DNA from: an uncultured bacterium
GTDB lineage: Bacteria > Acidobacteriota > Thermoanaerobaculia > Multivoradales > JAHZIX01
Length of the DNA stretch: 64,000 nt
Assembly: GCA_965368975.1 (NCBI GenBank)
Contig: CBDUPA010000012.1
Location: 64,001-128,000, forward strand
Direction: 5' to 3'
Numbering within the stretch: position 1 is the first letter of the stretch; every line of letters begins with the position of its first letter. The notes beneath the pieces were generated by a model. The model ran no database searches, had not been told where the DNA came from, and saw only the letters and a program-made list of their open reading frames with translations. The translations under genes were made by a program, and so were the position numbers. Shown in pieces: positions 51,960 through 62,900 of this stretch.

Positions 51960-52787
51960 ATGCTCTCTCGAATCGCGCGCCACCGCTTCGTGGAATTGAT
52001 CCGCTCCCTGGACGCCAGAACCGACCTCGCCGAGGTTGCTTTGGTCGTGGCGGCCGAGACCACGCCCGGTCTGGATATCGAGGCCTACCTGCATCGTCTC
52101 GACTCCATGGCCGAAGAAGCGGATCGACGCACGCGTGCCGCCGAAGAGCCCCACCAGCGCATCGAGACGCTGAACCGCTACCTGTTCGAAGATCTCGGCT
52201 TCATCGGCGACGATGACGACTACTACAACCCGCGCAACAGCTTCCTCAACGAGGTTCTCGACCGCCGCTCCGGCATTCCCGTGACGCTGGCCCTGGTCTA
52301 CCTCAGCCTCACTCGCCGCCTCGGCTGGCCGGTGGTCGGTGTCGGTTTCCCGGCGCACTTCCTGGTCAAGTACACGCGGCCGCAGATCCTCGTCGACCCT
52401 TTCACCGGCGAAGTGATCAACAAGCGCGAGTGTCGCCGCCGCTTGCGCATCGCCTTGGGCGACAACGCCGAGTGGCGCGACGACTACCTCGATCCCGCCG
52501 CGCCCGTAGACATCGTCCTGCGTTTGCTCACCAACCTCAAGCACATCTACATCCAGAGCCAGCGTCACGAACTAGCGCTCAGCTGCTGCGAACGCCTACT
52601 CCTGCTGCTACCGGACTCGCCCAAAGAGCTGCGGGATCGCGGGCTGGTACTGCTCGAACTGGAATGCCGCGAGGAGGCCTACGCCGACTTCGAACGCTTC
52701 CTCGAACTGGCCCCCGAAGACCCCGCCGCCGAAGCCGTGCGCGATGTGCTGTCGATGGCACGGCAGCAGATTCCCCTGGTCAACTGA
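51960..52787 (+). CDS. SirB1-like transglutaminase-core plus TPR protein
   Basis: GFIGDDDDYYNPRNSFLNEVLDRRSGIPVTL, GVGFPAHFLVK, VDPF, NLK, ELRDRG. Confidence 0.9.
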   Translation: MLSRIARHRFVELIRSLDARTDLAEVALVVAAETTPGLDIEAYLHRLDSMAEEADRRTRAAEEPHQRIETLNRYLFEDLGFIGDDDDYYNPRNSFLNEVLDRRSGIPVTLALVYLSLTRRLGWPVVGVGFPAHFLVKYTRPQILVDPFTGEVINKRECRRRLRIALGDNAEWRDDYLDPAAPVDIVLRLLTNLKHIYIQSQRHELALSCCERLLLLLPDSPKELRDRGLVLLELECREEAYADFERFLELAPEDPAAEAVRDVLSMARQQIPLVN

Positions 52788-52863
52788 GCCTCCTCCTCCG
52801 CCTCTGCCTGCGCCGGAACTGAATATTCAGAGAGATAATAAATCTTTGCAGCTAAGAGCTTAT

Positions 52864-52892
52864 TTGACAGCGGCTGCAAGCCTGGTTACGAT
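52864..52892 (+). promoter_or_regulatory. Near-consensus sigma70 promoter of the RiPP locus
   Basis: TTGACA-N17-TACGAT preceded by an AT-rich UP-like tract. Confidence 0.65.
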
Positions 52893-53001
52893 TTCCCCAT
52901 ATTCTCCTATTGCGGGTCCTCTTCTCGAAGCCATTCGAATCACGGTCATCCGGAGCCCCAGCGGTTCCTTATCTCACCACGTGACCTTTGGAGGACACAT
53001 C

Positions 53002-53124
53002 ATGAACAAGAGCAAGAAGCCCGTCTCGCTGAACCTCGAACTCGAAACCGTCGAGTCCCGCTGCAAGCCGGGCTGTGGCAGCTCCACCACGCTGCCGCTG
53101 TGCACCTGTCCCATTTCTTGCTGA
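53002..53124 (+). CDS. RiPP precursor peptide (MNKSKKPVSLNLELETVESRCKPGCGSSTTLPLCTCPISC)
   Basis: GGAGGA RBS; leader with LNLE (FNLD-like); core with 5 Cys, 3 Ser and 3 Thr; directly upstream of LanB-type genes. Confidence 0.85.
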   Translation: MNKSKKPVSLNLELETVESRCKPGCGSSTTLPLCTCPISC

Positions 53125-53235
53125 GGCGATTTGGCTACCGGATCGGACCGTGAATCCGGTCCGGTAGCGGTACTCCTGAGCACCGTTTTCGCCCCATCGC
53201 CTGGGCAGCCCCCTGCCCCGGTATACACTAGAGGC

Positions 53236-54234
53236 GTGAAACAACCCGAGTCTCCGGAATCTGAGCATCCGGACCGTGATCCGGTCCCCGTACCGCCGGC
53301 TTCTCTGCAGGCTACTGCCGAGACGGAAGGCAACTACCCCGACCTGTACCTGGTTGCCGAGTGCGGCGAGCAGGATCAAGAGAAATTGGTGCGCGAACTG
53401 GTGGCCCCGATCGTGGCCGAGATCCGGGATCATCCGGAACTCGAGTCGCTGTTCTTCGTGCGCATGAGCAAGCCTACCTGGCAAGTCCGCCTGCGTGTCG
53501 TCGGAGACTTGGAGTGGTTGCAGAACCGCTGCAGGCGCGTGATGTGCCTGCGTCTCGACGCCTTGCGCGGCCGGCGGGCGGTGCACGACTTCAGCCTGGG
53601 GCACTACGGGCGTGAGCTCGAGCGCTACGGCGGTGAAGGCGGCATGCGCATCGCCGAACAGCTGTACCACCACGACTCGCTCGCCTGCTTGGACCTGATC
53701 ACCGCCGAGGCCCGCGGCCTGCTCGAACGTTCGCGGCGTGAGCTGGCGCTGCTCTACAGCGAGCGGCTGGCCAATCGGTTGGGCCTGCATGGCGAAGACC
53801 GCTCGCGCTTTTACCGCTACGGCTACCAGTGGACCTTCCAGACCGAGACCTGGGACCAGAGCGATGCCGACGCACTAGAAGAACGGTTCGAGCAACTGGA
53901 GGCCGGGCTGCGCTCCCTCTTTCCGCTGGGTGGCAAGGCACCGCCCGAGACGGATCTCTGGGGCGGAGACGAGCCGGCGCGCGTTGGTGCCGGCCTGGCA
54001 GCGTCGCAAGAACCAGCGCTGGCACGGCTGCTCAAGGGGCACAGGGCGGGGCGCATCGGCGGTGATCTGGCCTACCTCGGCTGGTCCTACTGCCACCTCT
54101 TCTGCAACCGCCTGGGCATCGACCCGTCCGGCGAGGCGGTACAGCGCTACCTGATGCACCTGTACCACTACCGCGTCCGTGCCCAGGGCTCGCTGCCGGG
54201 GCCCTTGCTCACCGAAGCGGCCAGCGACACCTGA
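53236..54234 (+). CDS. Lantibiotic dehydratase elimination-domain protein (thiopeptide-type biosynthesis domain)
   Basis: LFFVRM..QVRLRV, YGRELERYGG, AEQLYHHDS, SYCHLFCNRLGI..E; start uncertain. Confidence 0.88.
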   Translation: MKQPESPESEHPDRDPVPVPPASLQATAETEGNYPDLYLVAECGEQDQEKLVRELVAPIVAEIRDHPELESLFFVRMSKPTWQVRLRVVGDLEWLQNRCRRVMCLRLDALRGRRAVHDFSLGHYGRELERYGGEGGMRIAEQLYHHDSLACLDLITAEARGLLERSRRELALLYSERLANRLGLHGEDRSRFYRYGYQWTFQTETWDQSDADALEERFEQLEAGLRSLFPLGGKAPPETDLWGGDEPARVGAGLAASQEPALARLLKGHRAGRIGGDLAYLGWSYCHLFCNRLGIDPSGEAVQRYLMHLYHYRVRAQGSLPGPLLTEAASDT

Positions 54235-54237
54235 ACG

Positions 54238-57003
54238 ATGGGGGACGGCTACCCCCGAGAGGCGGACTGCTGGCAGAGAGGGCCCCGCATCGCCCTCCTA
54301 CGACTGGCGTTGCAACCCTGGCAGCGTCTGCAGGCTCTGCGCGCCGACGCGACCGTCGGGCACCTGGCCGTGGCCCGCCAGGCACAGGCCGAGCTCGACG
54401 CCCTCGTGCCGACGCTCGAGGCCGCACTGTTCACCGCCGCCGGTCCCAAGCGTCCCGCCGCCGGTCCCGTGGAGGCAGCGCGACGCCTGGCGTGCGTCGC
54501 GCTACGGCGGGCGGTGCACAATGGTCGGGAGTTGGACGCCTCGACACTCGGGAGCAGTGACCGCGACGGTGATCTGCAAGGGCAGCTGCAGCGATATAGC
54601 GAGCTGAAGGCTACTGTCGAGCGTGCCCGTGCCGCGGCGTTGCAGGCCTGCCAGGCCGAGTTGCCGCGGGCACGTCAGCACGTTCTCGACGCCAGCGCTG
54701 AACCGCTCCAGGCGGCGGCGCTAGCACTGGTCAGCCGATCGCTGTTCCGCCGGCTGCAGCGTCTGCAGGCCGCAGCCGCACCCCATACTCAGGCCCGCGA
54801 CGCCCAGACCCACGATACGCGTCACACCGTCGCCAAACTGCTCGCCTACCTCGACCGTGCCGCCAGCAAGACCAGCCCCAACGGCCTTTTCTGCGCCACC
54901 GCCGTCGCAACCTGGGGCGAGCGCCTGAACGTCCACCGCCTCGCTACGCCGCCGCGTGTCGATCTGCGCCTCAACGTCACCGAAGCGCGCAAACTCACCG
55001 CCCACCTCGGCTTCGGCCCGCAGATGGATGCCCTCGTGCGACCCCGTGTCACCACGACGCTGCATCGCCAATCCGCGGAGTCCGGCGAAGTCCTGACCTT
55101 CTGGCGCACAGCCTCGCTGCGTCGACCTGAGGACGACGAAGCTCTCCAGCGCCTGGGCGCACAGCCGATCGTCGACCTCTTCGTGCAACTGGCGGATGGT
55201 CGTCGCTCCGTTCCCGAACTCCTCCTGGCCGTCGCCAGCGCGGCGGCAGAGCACGGCATGGAAGTCAGCGTCGAGCAATTGGAGCCCTTCTTCCGCCAGC
55301 TCGTCGACGCCGGCCTGCTGCACGCCGAGATCGAGCTGCCGTACGGCTGCGGCCGCCCCCTGCGCGCGTTTGCGCATCGAGTTGAGGAACCGGCTGTCGA
55401 CGGGGCCCCAAGGATTGCCGAGCTCGAAGCCATCGAAGCCGACCTCGACGCCGTCAACGCCACGCCCATCGAGGCCGCCGCTGCCGTCCGTCTGCCCGCC
55501 ATCCTCGACGACCTGGCACGGCGTCTCGACGCCCAGGCAGCCACCCTGCCCGAACTGGCCCGGCCGCTCGTGCGCGATGAACTCTTCCGTCTCGACGCGG
55601 CCCTCGACGCGGCACCCGGTCGGCAAACCACCCTGCCGTGTCCCTGGCGCGACGCCCTGCAGCCCACCGTCGACGGCTACGCGCGCCTGTTCGCCTCGAT
55701 GTACCCGTCGTCAAACTATCGTCAGCGCCTGGCGTCCGCCTTCCTGGAGCACTGGCCCGCGGACACCGACATCCCCCTGCTCGACCTCTACCATCACTTC
55801 CAACCACCACCCCCGGATTCCCGCGTACTCGACTTCCCGTGCCCGAGCAGCGATGTCGATAGCCAGCCGTACCAAGCCTGGCAGCAAGCCCGCGCCCTGC
55901 TCGTCGAGCTGGCCAGACAGGCCAGGGCGGCCGGGGAGCACGAAGTCCGTCTCGACGACACCGCCTGGCATGCCTTGACGCATCCGCTTTCCGACCCAAC
56001 CGGTCCTTCTGAGACGCTGAAGTGGACCGCCGGCGTTCTCTTCCAGCCCGTGCTCGCCAGTTCCGCGAACCGAAAGCAGCAGAACCGGCTCGTCCTCAAC
56101 GCCCTCTTCTCGGGCACCGGCGTTGCCTTCGCCCGCTTTGCCGACCTGCACCCCGAAGTCGAGCCTGAGCTGCGCCGGCAACTCCGTGCCTCGGACTCTG
56201 CCGAAACCGCCCAAGTCCCCATCGTCGCCGAGCTGACCTACAACCACTGGGGCCGCACCGCCAACGCCGGCCTGCGTCCACGACTCCACGAGTGGGAACT
56301 CGAACTCCCCGGTGACCGCGCCTCCGATGCTGGCTACGCCGCTGGCAAGGTCCTCACCCTCGCCGACCTCACCCTGCGCTACGACTCCACCGAGCAGCGC
56401 TTCCACCTGCGTCGCATCCAAGACGGTCGCCAGGTCCTCCCCGTTCTGTCGAGCGGCGTCAGCCCCGAAGGCCTGGTGGCGCTGCTGGTGGCGATCGGGC
56501 GTCAAGAGCAGCAGCCCCTTGGTCTGCTCCCCGGCTTCGCCTGGCCGGAAGAAGAGCTGGAACAAGACTTCCCAGACGGCGTTGAGACCTGGCCCCGCTT
56601 CGTCCGAGCTGTTTCTTCGGAGGCAGGCACTGACGAGATCGACCTCGAAATCGTCCTCTGGCGCCGCCGCTGGCGCTTCCCCCGCGCCACCATTCCCAAA
56701 CCCCCAAAGTCCCGCCCCGGCGACGACGCTGACCTCCACCTCGCTACCTACTTCGCAGCCGTCGACACCTGGCGCCACCACCACCTCCTTCCTCGCCACA
56801 TCTACCTCCACACCGCCACCGTCCGCAAGCCCACCCACGTCGATCTCGAATCCCCCCTCCACGTCGAGCTGCTGCGTCGACGCCTGGCGTCAGAGAAGGG
56901 AGATGTCTACGTCACCGAAGCGCTGCCGGGGCCAGAGGGTCTGTGGTGGGGCGGTGGAGACGAGCGCTCGAACGTCGAGGTGCTGGTGCAGTTGGGGGTG
57001 TGA
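54238..57003 (+). CDS. LanB-type glutamylation domain (split dehydratase)
   Basis: RRAVHNGR, YLDRAASKTSPNGLF, RTANAG.RP, LADLTLRYD, WPRF..IVLWRRRW, LPRHIY..KPTHVDLES, VTEALPG. Confidence 0.88.
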   Translation: MGDGYPREADCWQRGPRIALLRLALQPWQRLQALRADATVGHLAVARQAQAELDALVPTLEAALFTAAGPKRPAAGPVEAARRLACVALRRAVHNGRELDASTLGSSDRDGDLQGQLQRYSELKATVERARAAALQACQAELPRARQHVLDASAEPLQAAALALVSRSLFRRLQRLQAAAAPHTQARDAQTHDTRHTVAKLLAYLDRAASKTSPNGLFCATAVATWGERLNVHRLATPPRVDLRLNVTEARKLTAHLGFGPQMDALVRPRVTTTLHRQSAESGEVLTFWRTASLRRPEDDEALQRLGAQPIVDLFVQLADGRRSVPELLLAVASAAAEHGMEVSVEQLEPFFRQLVDAGLLHAEIELPYGCGRPLRAFAHRVEEPAVDGAPRIAELEAIEADLDAVNATPIEAAAAVRLPAILDDLARRLDAQAATLPELARPLVRDELFRLDAALDAAPGRQTTLPCPWRDALQPTVDGYARLFASMYPSSNYRQRLASAFLEHWPADTDIPLLDLYHHFQPPPPDSRVLDFPCPSSDVDSQPYQAWQQARALLVELARQARAAGEHEVRLDDTAWHALTHPLSDPTGPSETLKWTAGVLFQPVLASSANRKQQNRLVLNALFSGTGVAFARFADLHPEVEPELRRQLRASDSAETAQVPIVAELTYNHWGRTANAGLRPRLHEWELELPGDRASDAGYAAGKVLTLADLTLRYDSTEQRFHLRRIQDGRQVLPVLSSGVSPEGLVALLVAIGRQEQQPLGLLPGFAWPEEELEQDFPDGVETWPRFVRAVSSEAGTDEIDLEIVLWRRRWRFPRATIPKPPKSRPGDDADLHLATYFAAVDTWRHHHLLPRHIYLHTATVRKPTHVDLESPLHVELLRRRLASEKGDVYVTEALPGPEGLWWGGGDERSNVEVLVQLGV

Positions 57004-57177
57004 GGGGGAGGTAGTTGCAGTCCAGGGCACTCGAGTCCTTGGTCTGCTTGACTGCGGTTTGCCGCGTACTAGATCAAGGGTTTCTTGTCTCTTTCGTAGT
57101 TGGGTAACGAGTGTCGCCGTCAATGAGTGACAGGGCAGCTCGAGTCACGAACCAGGTGACAAAAAGGGGATTGCATC

Positions 57178-59901
57178 GTGGTCGTATGTCTCTTGGAGAC
57201 AGTCGTTCGAAGAGCAGTGACAGCTGCTGCGATTCTGACGCTTGTCGTGGGACTGGGCTTACAGGCACAGTCAGGGTCTGCTAACGCCCCGAAAGGGGCC
57301 CAGTTTGTCTTCGTGATCGATGATTCTGGCAGCATGGGGCAGCCGGAACACGGGCTTACAGACCCCGATCGGCTGGCTGTGTTCGCGGTGCGTGCTCTAC
57401 TGGGTGTGCTCGACGACCGGGACTGGGCGACAGTTGTTCGTCTCAATGGCCCTCGCGAGGGTGAAGATCCGCTATCGCTGGCGCCTTTGGGAGATGCGCA
57501 CCGAACCCGGCTGATGGAGGTTCTGCAGCTGGACGCGGAACTGGCGCGATATGAGGGGGAGTACACGCCTTGCCGAAGGGCTCTACAGGCCGTCAAGCGG
57601 ATGCTCGAAGGGTCGGATAGGCAGAACATTTCCCAAGTCGTGATCTTCCTTTCGGATGGCAAGTGCACACCGGTAACGCAAGGGGAAGATCGTGTCCTTG
57701 ACTTTGCTGAAGGTTTGCGCTCGGCTCAGGGAGAGAATCCGCGCCTTCAGTTCTACTTTCTGCGATTCGAAGGGCAAGAGTACACTCCGGGGCTGGAGCA
57801 GCTGGCCGAGAACACCGGAGGTTCGGCGATCGAGGTCCGACAGGGGGATCCGACGCGGATCCTCTACACCTTTGCGCAAGCGCTGGCCCGCTCGCAGGGC
57901 TACGAACCTCTGATCCTCAGTCCGAGCGTGCGGCAGCTGCCGGCCTACCGGGGGGCCAACCGAGTCCGCTTGCTGGCAATTGCGCGCGGCGATCAGGGAG
58001 AGCCGTTGGCGGTGCGCGTCCGGCGTCGTCAAGGGGGCGGAGTCGATACGGTGCCGATCGAGCAGGGCACCCACAGATTCCCGGGGCAACAGGGGTATCG
58101 CTTCGCTTCGGTGCAGTATCGGCCGGTCGAGCAGCCGGTGGAGGTGGAGGTGGTCGGAGCCGGCGAGGATTGGGAGGTCGTTGCCTTGCCGGAATATCAC
58201 CTGGCGGTCAACCTGGCCTTGCGTCGTGGTGGCTGTGAGGAGGAAGGCGAGACCCTGGGTGGCGTCACGCCAGCCGGAAGCGGATTGTGTGCGGTGATCG
58301 AGCTAGTCAATGAGGAAGGGCGCGTGGTGGGCAAGGAGGTGACCACCGGGCAGTTACAGGCTTCCTTGCGTCAGACAGTCCCGGGTGGTTCCGAGCCTCG
58401 GCTGATTTCGGCAACGGAAGCTTCCTCGGATCTCGCCAGCTTCCGCTTGGATATACAAGGGCTCGAGAGCGGTCACCACGAGTTTCAGGGGCAGGTCCAG
58501 TTGGGGACCCAGGTTGACGATCCCCGAGTTCTGACGGGCACTGCGCGAACACTGCAAGCAGTAGATCTGGCGATCCGGCCGGTTCCGAGTGAGCTGCGAC
58601 TCGATCCAATCCAGCCCGGTGAGGTCAGCCGTCAGAGCCTGGAGATCCATGGCAACTTCGCGCCGTCGGAAGCCGTGGTCTCCTTGGAAGAGGGAGAGAA
58701 TCTGCCGAGCTGCGTGACCTTAAGCTTTGACGGCAAGGAGCTTGGAGAGACCATCTCGATTCGTCCAAAGCAGGGCTACTGGGTCGAATTTCGGGCGGCC
58801 AAAGCCTGCGGCGAGACGCAAGGTCGACAGGTCGATGCGCGCCTGCGCCTGGAGCTTGCGGGACTCGATTCGATTGCCATACCGGTAACCTTTCGCTTGG
58901 AGAACAACGCCCAACGCCGAGATCCGACAACAGTGGAATTGCGGGCAGGTACGACGAGAGAGGTCGATGTAGCAATCCCCGCGGCCTGGAATTCTTTCGA
59001 CGTACAAGCAACCGCCGCCGAGAATGCGCAGGGCGAAACCTATGAGTTGCTGCGCGCTGAGATTCTGAGCGAGCCTCCGATTCCCTCTGAAGACGGTGAA
59101 GCCTCAGGTCGCCAGCGAGTCGAGGGATTGACCGCTGAACAGGGACTGTCTCTGCAACTCGTAGCTTCGGGCTGTTGCAGGTCCGGGACCTACGCCCTCG
59201 ATGTCTACCTGTGGCCCAAGGTCGGTGCCACGACCATCGTACCGCTGGTCGTCGAAGTCGAGGCCAGCTGGTGGACCTGCTACGGCTCTTGGGTGCTCGC
59301 GGGGACCATCGGTCTCTTGGCTGGCTTGCTGGTGTTCTATGTCCTGAGCATGTTCAGTCATACCACCTTGCTCGACCGAGACCAGCTGAGCGCTCGTCTA
59401 GTGCCCTTACGCTGGCCTCGCCATCGCGGCGCACCGCAACCCGCCAGCAATCGCAGTAGTGACCGAGAAGAGGTCGAAGACATTGTGCACAGTGAAGTCT
59501 CTAGCCTGCAGCGGGTGCGGAGCTGGCTACGAGCCAATCCCCTGGTCTTTGGCTCGCCTGGGCGAGAGTACAGAGAGACGGCCGAACTCTTTTTGACCAC
59601 TGATCTCGGGCTAACCTCGATTTCCCTGGTATTGGAGCGGGATGTCGTCGACCGACTCCGGACGAGCGAGGAGATCGACACTTGGGAAGAGGGGAGGCTC
59701 TTCGCGCGCGCCGGCAATCCCGTCTCCTTCTTTGTCGTGCGCGGTCCGAGCAAGAAAGTTCAGCAGATGACTCCGGAAGGCTGGTTCGGCAAGGTCGATG
59801 ACCTGACTGTCGAGCAGGTTTCCAAAGGACAAAGATTCATTCGTCAGCTTTCCATCAAAGAGCGCAAAGAAGGCGCTGTGGCCGGGTGGGTTCTGGAATA
59901 G
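57178..59901 (+). CDS. vWA-domain membrane protein
   Basis: Signal peptide; FVIDDSGSM (MIDAS DxSxS), YTP, VIFLSDG; TM helix near aa 700 followed by a cytoplasmic tail. Confidence 0.85.
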   Translation: MVVCLLETVVRRAVTAAAILTLVVGLGLQAQSGSANAPKGAQFVFVIDDSGSMGQPEHGLTDPDRLAVFAVRALLGVLDDRDWATVVRLNGPREGEDPLSLAPLGDAHRTRLMEVLQLDAELARYEGEYTPCRRALQAVKRMLEGSDRQNISQVVIFLSDGKCTPVTQGEDRVLDFAEGLRSAQGENPRLQFYFLRFEGQEYTPGLEQLAENTGGSAIEVRQGDPTRILYTFAQALARSQGYEPLILSPSVRQLPAYRGANRVRLLAIARGDQGEPLAVRVRRRQGGGVDTVPIEQGTHRFPGQQGYRFASVQYRPVEQPVEVEVVGAGEDWEVVALPEYHLAVNLALRRGGCEEEGETLGGVTPAGSGLCAVIELVNEEGRVVGKEVTTGQLQASLRQTVPGGSEPRLISATEASSDLASFRLDIQGLESGHHEFQGQVQLGTQVDDPRVLTGTARTLQAVDLAIRPVPSELRLDPIQPGEVSRQSLEIHGNFAPSEAVVSLEEGENLPSCVTLSFDGKELGETISIRPKQGYWVEFRAAKACGETQGRQVDARLRLELAGLDSIAIPVTFRLENNAQRRDPTTVELRAGTTREVDVAIPAAWNSFDVQATAAENAQGETYELLRAEILSEPPIPSEDGEASGRQRVEGLTAEQGLSLQLVASGCCRSGTYALDVYLWPKVGATTIVPLVVEVEASWWTCYGSWVLAGTIGLLAGLLVFYVLSMFSHTTLLDRDQLSARLVPLRWPRHRGAPQPASNRSSDREEVEDIVHSEVSSLQRVRSWLRANPLVFGSPGREYRETAELFLTTDLGLTSISLVLERDVVDRLRTSEEIDTWEEGRLFARAGNPVSFFVVRGPSKKVQQMTPEGWFGKVDDLTVEQVSKGQRFIRQLSIKERKEGAVAGWVLE

Positions 59902-59947
59902 AGCTCGAGGCCGGTCCGAAAACAAAAGCAAAATTGCGAGGTTGAAC

Positions 59948-62900
59948 ATGGCCAGAGATCGTAAGTTGATCGTCGAAGAACTCCTGACCAAGCCCAGCGG
60001 CGTGTGTCCGATGCTGTTCGTTGGTATGGGAGGAGCGGGTTGCAGGATGGTGGAGCGGATCGCCGGTCATCTCCGAGGTCGACCGGATTATAAAGAACGC
60101 TTCAAAGATCTGGTCAAGTTCGCCATGATCGACAGCAATGTCAATGATCTGGAAGGGTATCGAGAAGTGGCCAATGCAACCTTCCTGATCAGTGACTTCG
60201 AGAAGGAGGAGTACGCCAATCTGGCCTCTGGCAAGAAGTTCCTGGAACCGCAGCAGTACTTTACACAGTGGGTGCCGTCGGACTATCGCTTCCGCTCCGG
60301 AGATACCTCGGGGGCTGGCCAGATTCGCATCGAATCTCGTCTGGGTGTTTACTACCAGATGAAGCACAAACAATTCGTGCCCAGATTCCGCAGTCTCTTG
60401 GAGAGTCTGAAGTCGCACGAGAACGGACATCGGAGGTTGGACTCCGACGAGATCCGGATCGTACTCTGCTATTCCGTCGCCGGCGGAACCGGCTCCGGTT
60501 GTCATCTGCCAGTGGCCTATATGTTGCGGGATCAGGCCGACGACCTGGGCAAGCCGACTTTGATCGGTGTTGCGGTGTTGCCGGCGGTCTTCGAGGACAA
60601 GGTCGGCGTCAATAAGGATGGTGTTTTTGCCAACGGTTATGCAGCTCTGAAGGAAACCGAGCATTTGATGAAGCTCGGTGCCCCGGATTCTCGGTTCTTT
60701 CCCGAGAAGGGGATCGAGTTTCACTACAACCCCGCCGATGAATCGAAGCGAACGGTTCACGCGCGTCCCTTCGACTTCCTTTATCTGATCGACAAACCCG
60801 AGTCGTTCAGCGTTCCCGAGCCGGTGGATGCTGCGGCGGACGGACTCTATCTGCAGTTCTTCTCGCCCCTCTACGGGGCCCAGCTCTCCGACTACGACAA
60901 CTACACGCAGTACCAGAGGTTCTTGGTACCGGAAGACTTCGAAGAGGGAGGCATTCCGGGCTTCTCGACCTTCTATGGCTCCTACGGTTGCGCAGTGCTC
61001 CTGGTGCCGGTTCCCGGCCTGGTGGAGTATTGCAGCCAGGCTGCCGCCCTGGCGTTGATTCGGGCCAGCTTCATGGGGGATATCCCAGCGGATCCGATGT
61101 ACGAGCCCTTGCGCATCGACAGCGACCGCTTCTATGAAGTCAAGGAGCGCGACGACGAGGATGCGCAGCTCTTCCAGGCTGCGGATATCCCCAGTCAGCC
61201 TCAGAAAGAGCGTCGCCGAAGGTTGTTCGATCGGCTTTTTGCCAAGCGGGTGCGCCTGCTGGCGGCGTGTGAGTACCGGGCTGACCGCGACGGCCGGTTC
61301 CGCGGCATCTTCCGGCACGGCCACTATCTCGGAACCATCCCGAAGCTCGACGGTAGCGCCGTCATGGACATGGAGCGGTTCGACGAAGAGGCCGAGCGCG
61401 AGCGCGAGCTGGTCGGTGGCAAGCTCAGCGTTTCGATCGGCGGCATCATCCTGCCCGCCTTGGTCGGACTGCCGGGGGACGACCCCGGACTCCTGCAACG
61501 GGCGCACCAAGCGATCAAGAACTTCAAGGTCGACAAGCCGCGTCGTGACATGCGGGTCAACGAACTACGAGCGCGCGGCGACGCGTGGCGGACGATGTTG
61601 AGGGATGAGGGGCGTCAACGCCTGCGCGATGGCTACAGCGATGGCACGGTGCAGGTGCCTGGCATGGAGAGCCTGGTGCAAATGGACTTCCTGCGCCGGG
61701 AGGCGGGAGAGGTCGAGCTGGCGGCCAAGCGCTACGCGGTGCTCTCTCTGCTCGACGCGGTGGATTGGGAACAAGCGCCGGAAGACGAGGCCGAGTCCAA
61801 CTTCGATGTCCAGGAGAAGAAGCCCACGGCCAAGGCCGACGATGCCTTGATCGAGCACGTAATCAACCAGGCTCGGGATCTGGCCTTCCGCGACATCCGC
61901 CGCGAGTTCCTGTCCCAATTGGGCGAGTTGCGCGAGGCGCTGGAGAGCATCGCCGACGAGATGCGGGAGCTGGAGCAGGGGTCGACCAACCTGGAGCGCG
62001 AGTACGGTCGTCGCCTGGAGCGCCTGCAGTTCCAGGGCGAGGAGTCGGCCAATCAGTACATCCTGGACGCCGAGGCGTTGCAAGGGGAAGACAATCGACG
62101 CTTCTGGGACTTCTACTTCGAGGACAAAATCGCAGCTCTGCCCGAGTTGTCGCTGAGCAATGCTCGCGTGCAACAAATCCTGAGTGACACCGTCATCGAG
62201 CTATCGCAGCGTACGGGCCGCAGCACGAGCACGTCACGCCTGGAGAAACTGTTCACCGCGTTGCGCAAGTATGCCCAGGACTTCCTCGACAAGCGGATCG
62301 GCGGTGATCGTCACTCACCGGACCTGGAACGTCGCGAAGGGTTGACGCTGTCGGATGCGCTGGAGCTGGAGATCACCTACCGAGCGCTCTATCGCAGCTA
62401 CGCCGAAGCGATCCAGGGGCAGGGGGACAAGGTCATTCGTCGCATTCTCTCCGAATACCGCGCCCTGCCCGACGAGAAGCAGATCGATTTCGCGGAGCCC
62501 AAGCACCAGGACTATCTGCGCGACAAGATCAAGCGGGTAGTGCAGGAGAAGGCATCCCTGCTCTGTGTCTACAACCACTCACGCGATCAGCATGGTGGCG
62601 TGCGGCCAAACCATATCTTCCTGGCCGCGATTGATGAGAACTTCAAGAACAGCAACATCGAACAGGCGCTGAAAGATGCCGACATCGATGATCTCAAGTG
62701 GGTGTCCGGCAGCTGGCACAACGCCAAAGAGATCGTCTTCTACCGCGCGGTGTTGAATGTTCCGCTTTACACCTTCGGTCGGCTCGACCAGATGAAGCAC
62801 CACTATGAAAGCTTCCGCAGTCTGAGGCGGCGCTCGAAGGTGCTGCACATCGACAAGAACTGGGAGGGTGACCAGCTCTGTGACCTGGATCCGGGCACGC

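Noticed and set aside
53002-57003. Thiopeptide cluster or PEARL (pearlin) cluster
   Set aside because: No YcaO or dehydrogenase for a thiopeptide; a separate elimination-domain gene and a Ser/Thr-rich core argue against a simple PEARL, though it is not excluded.
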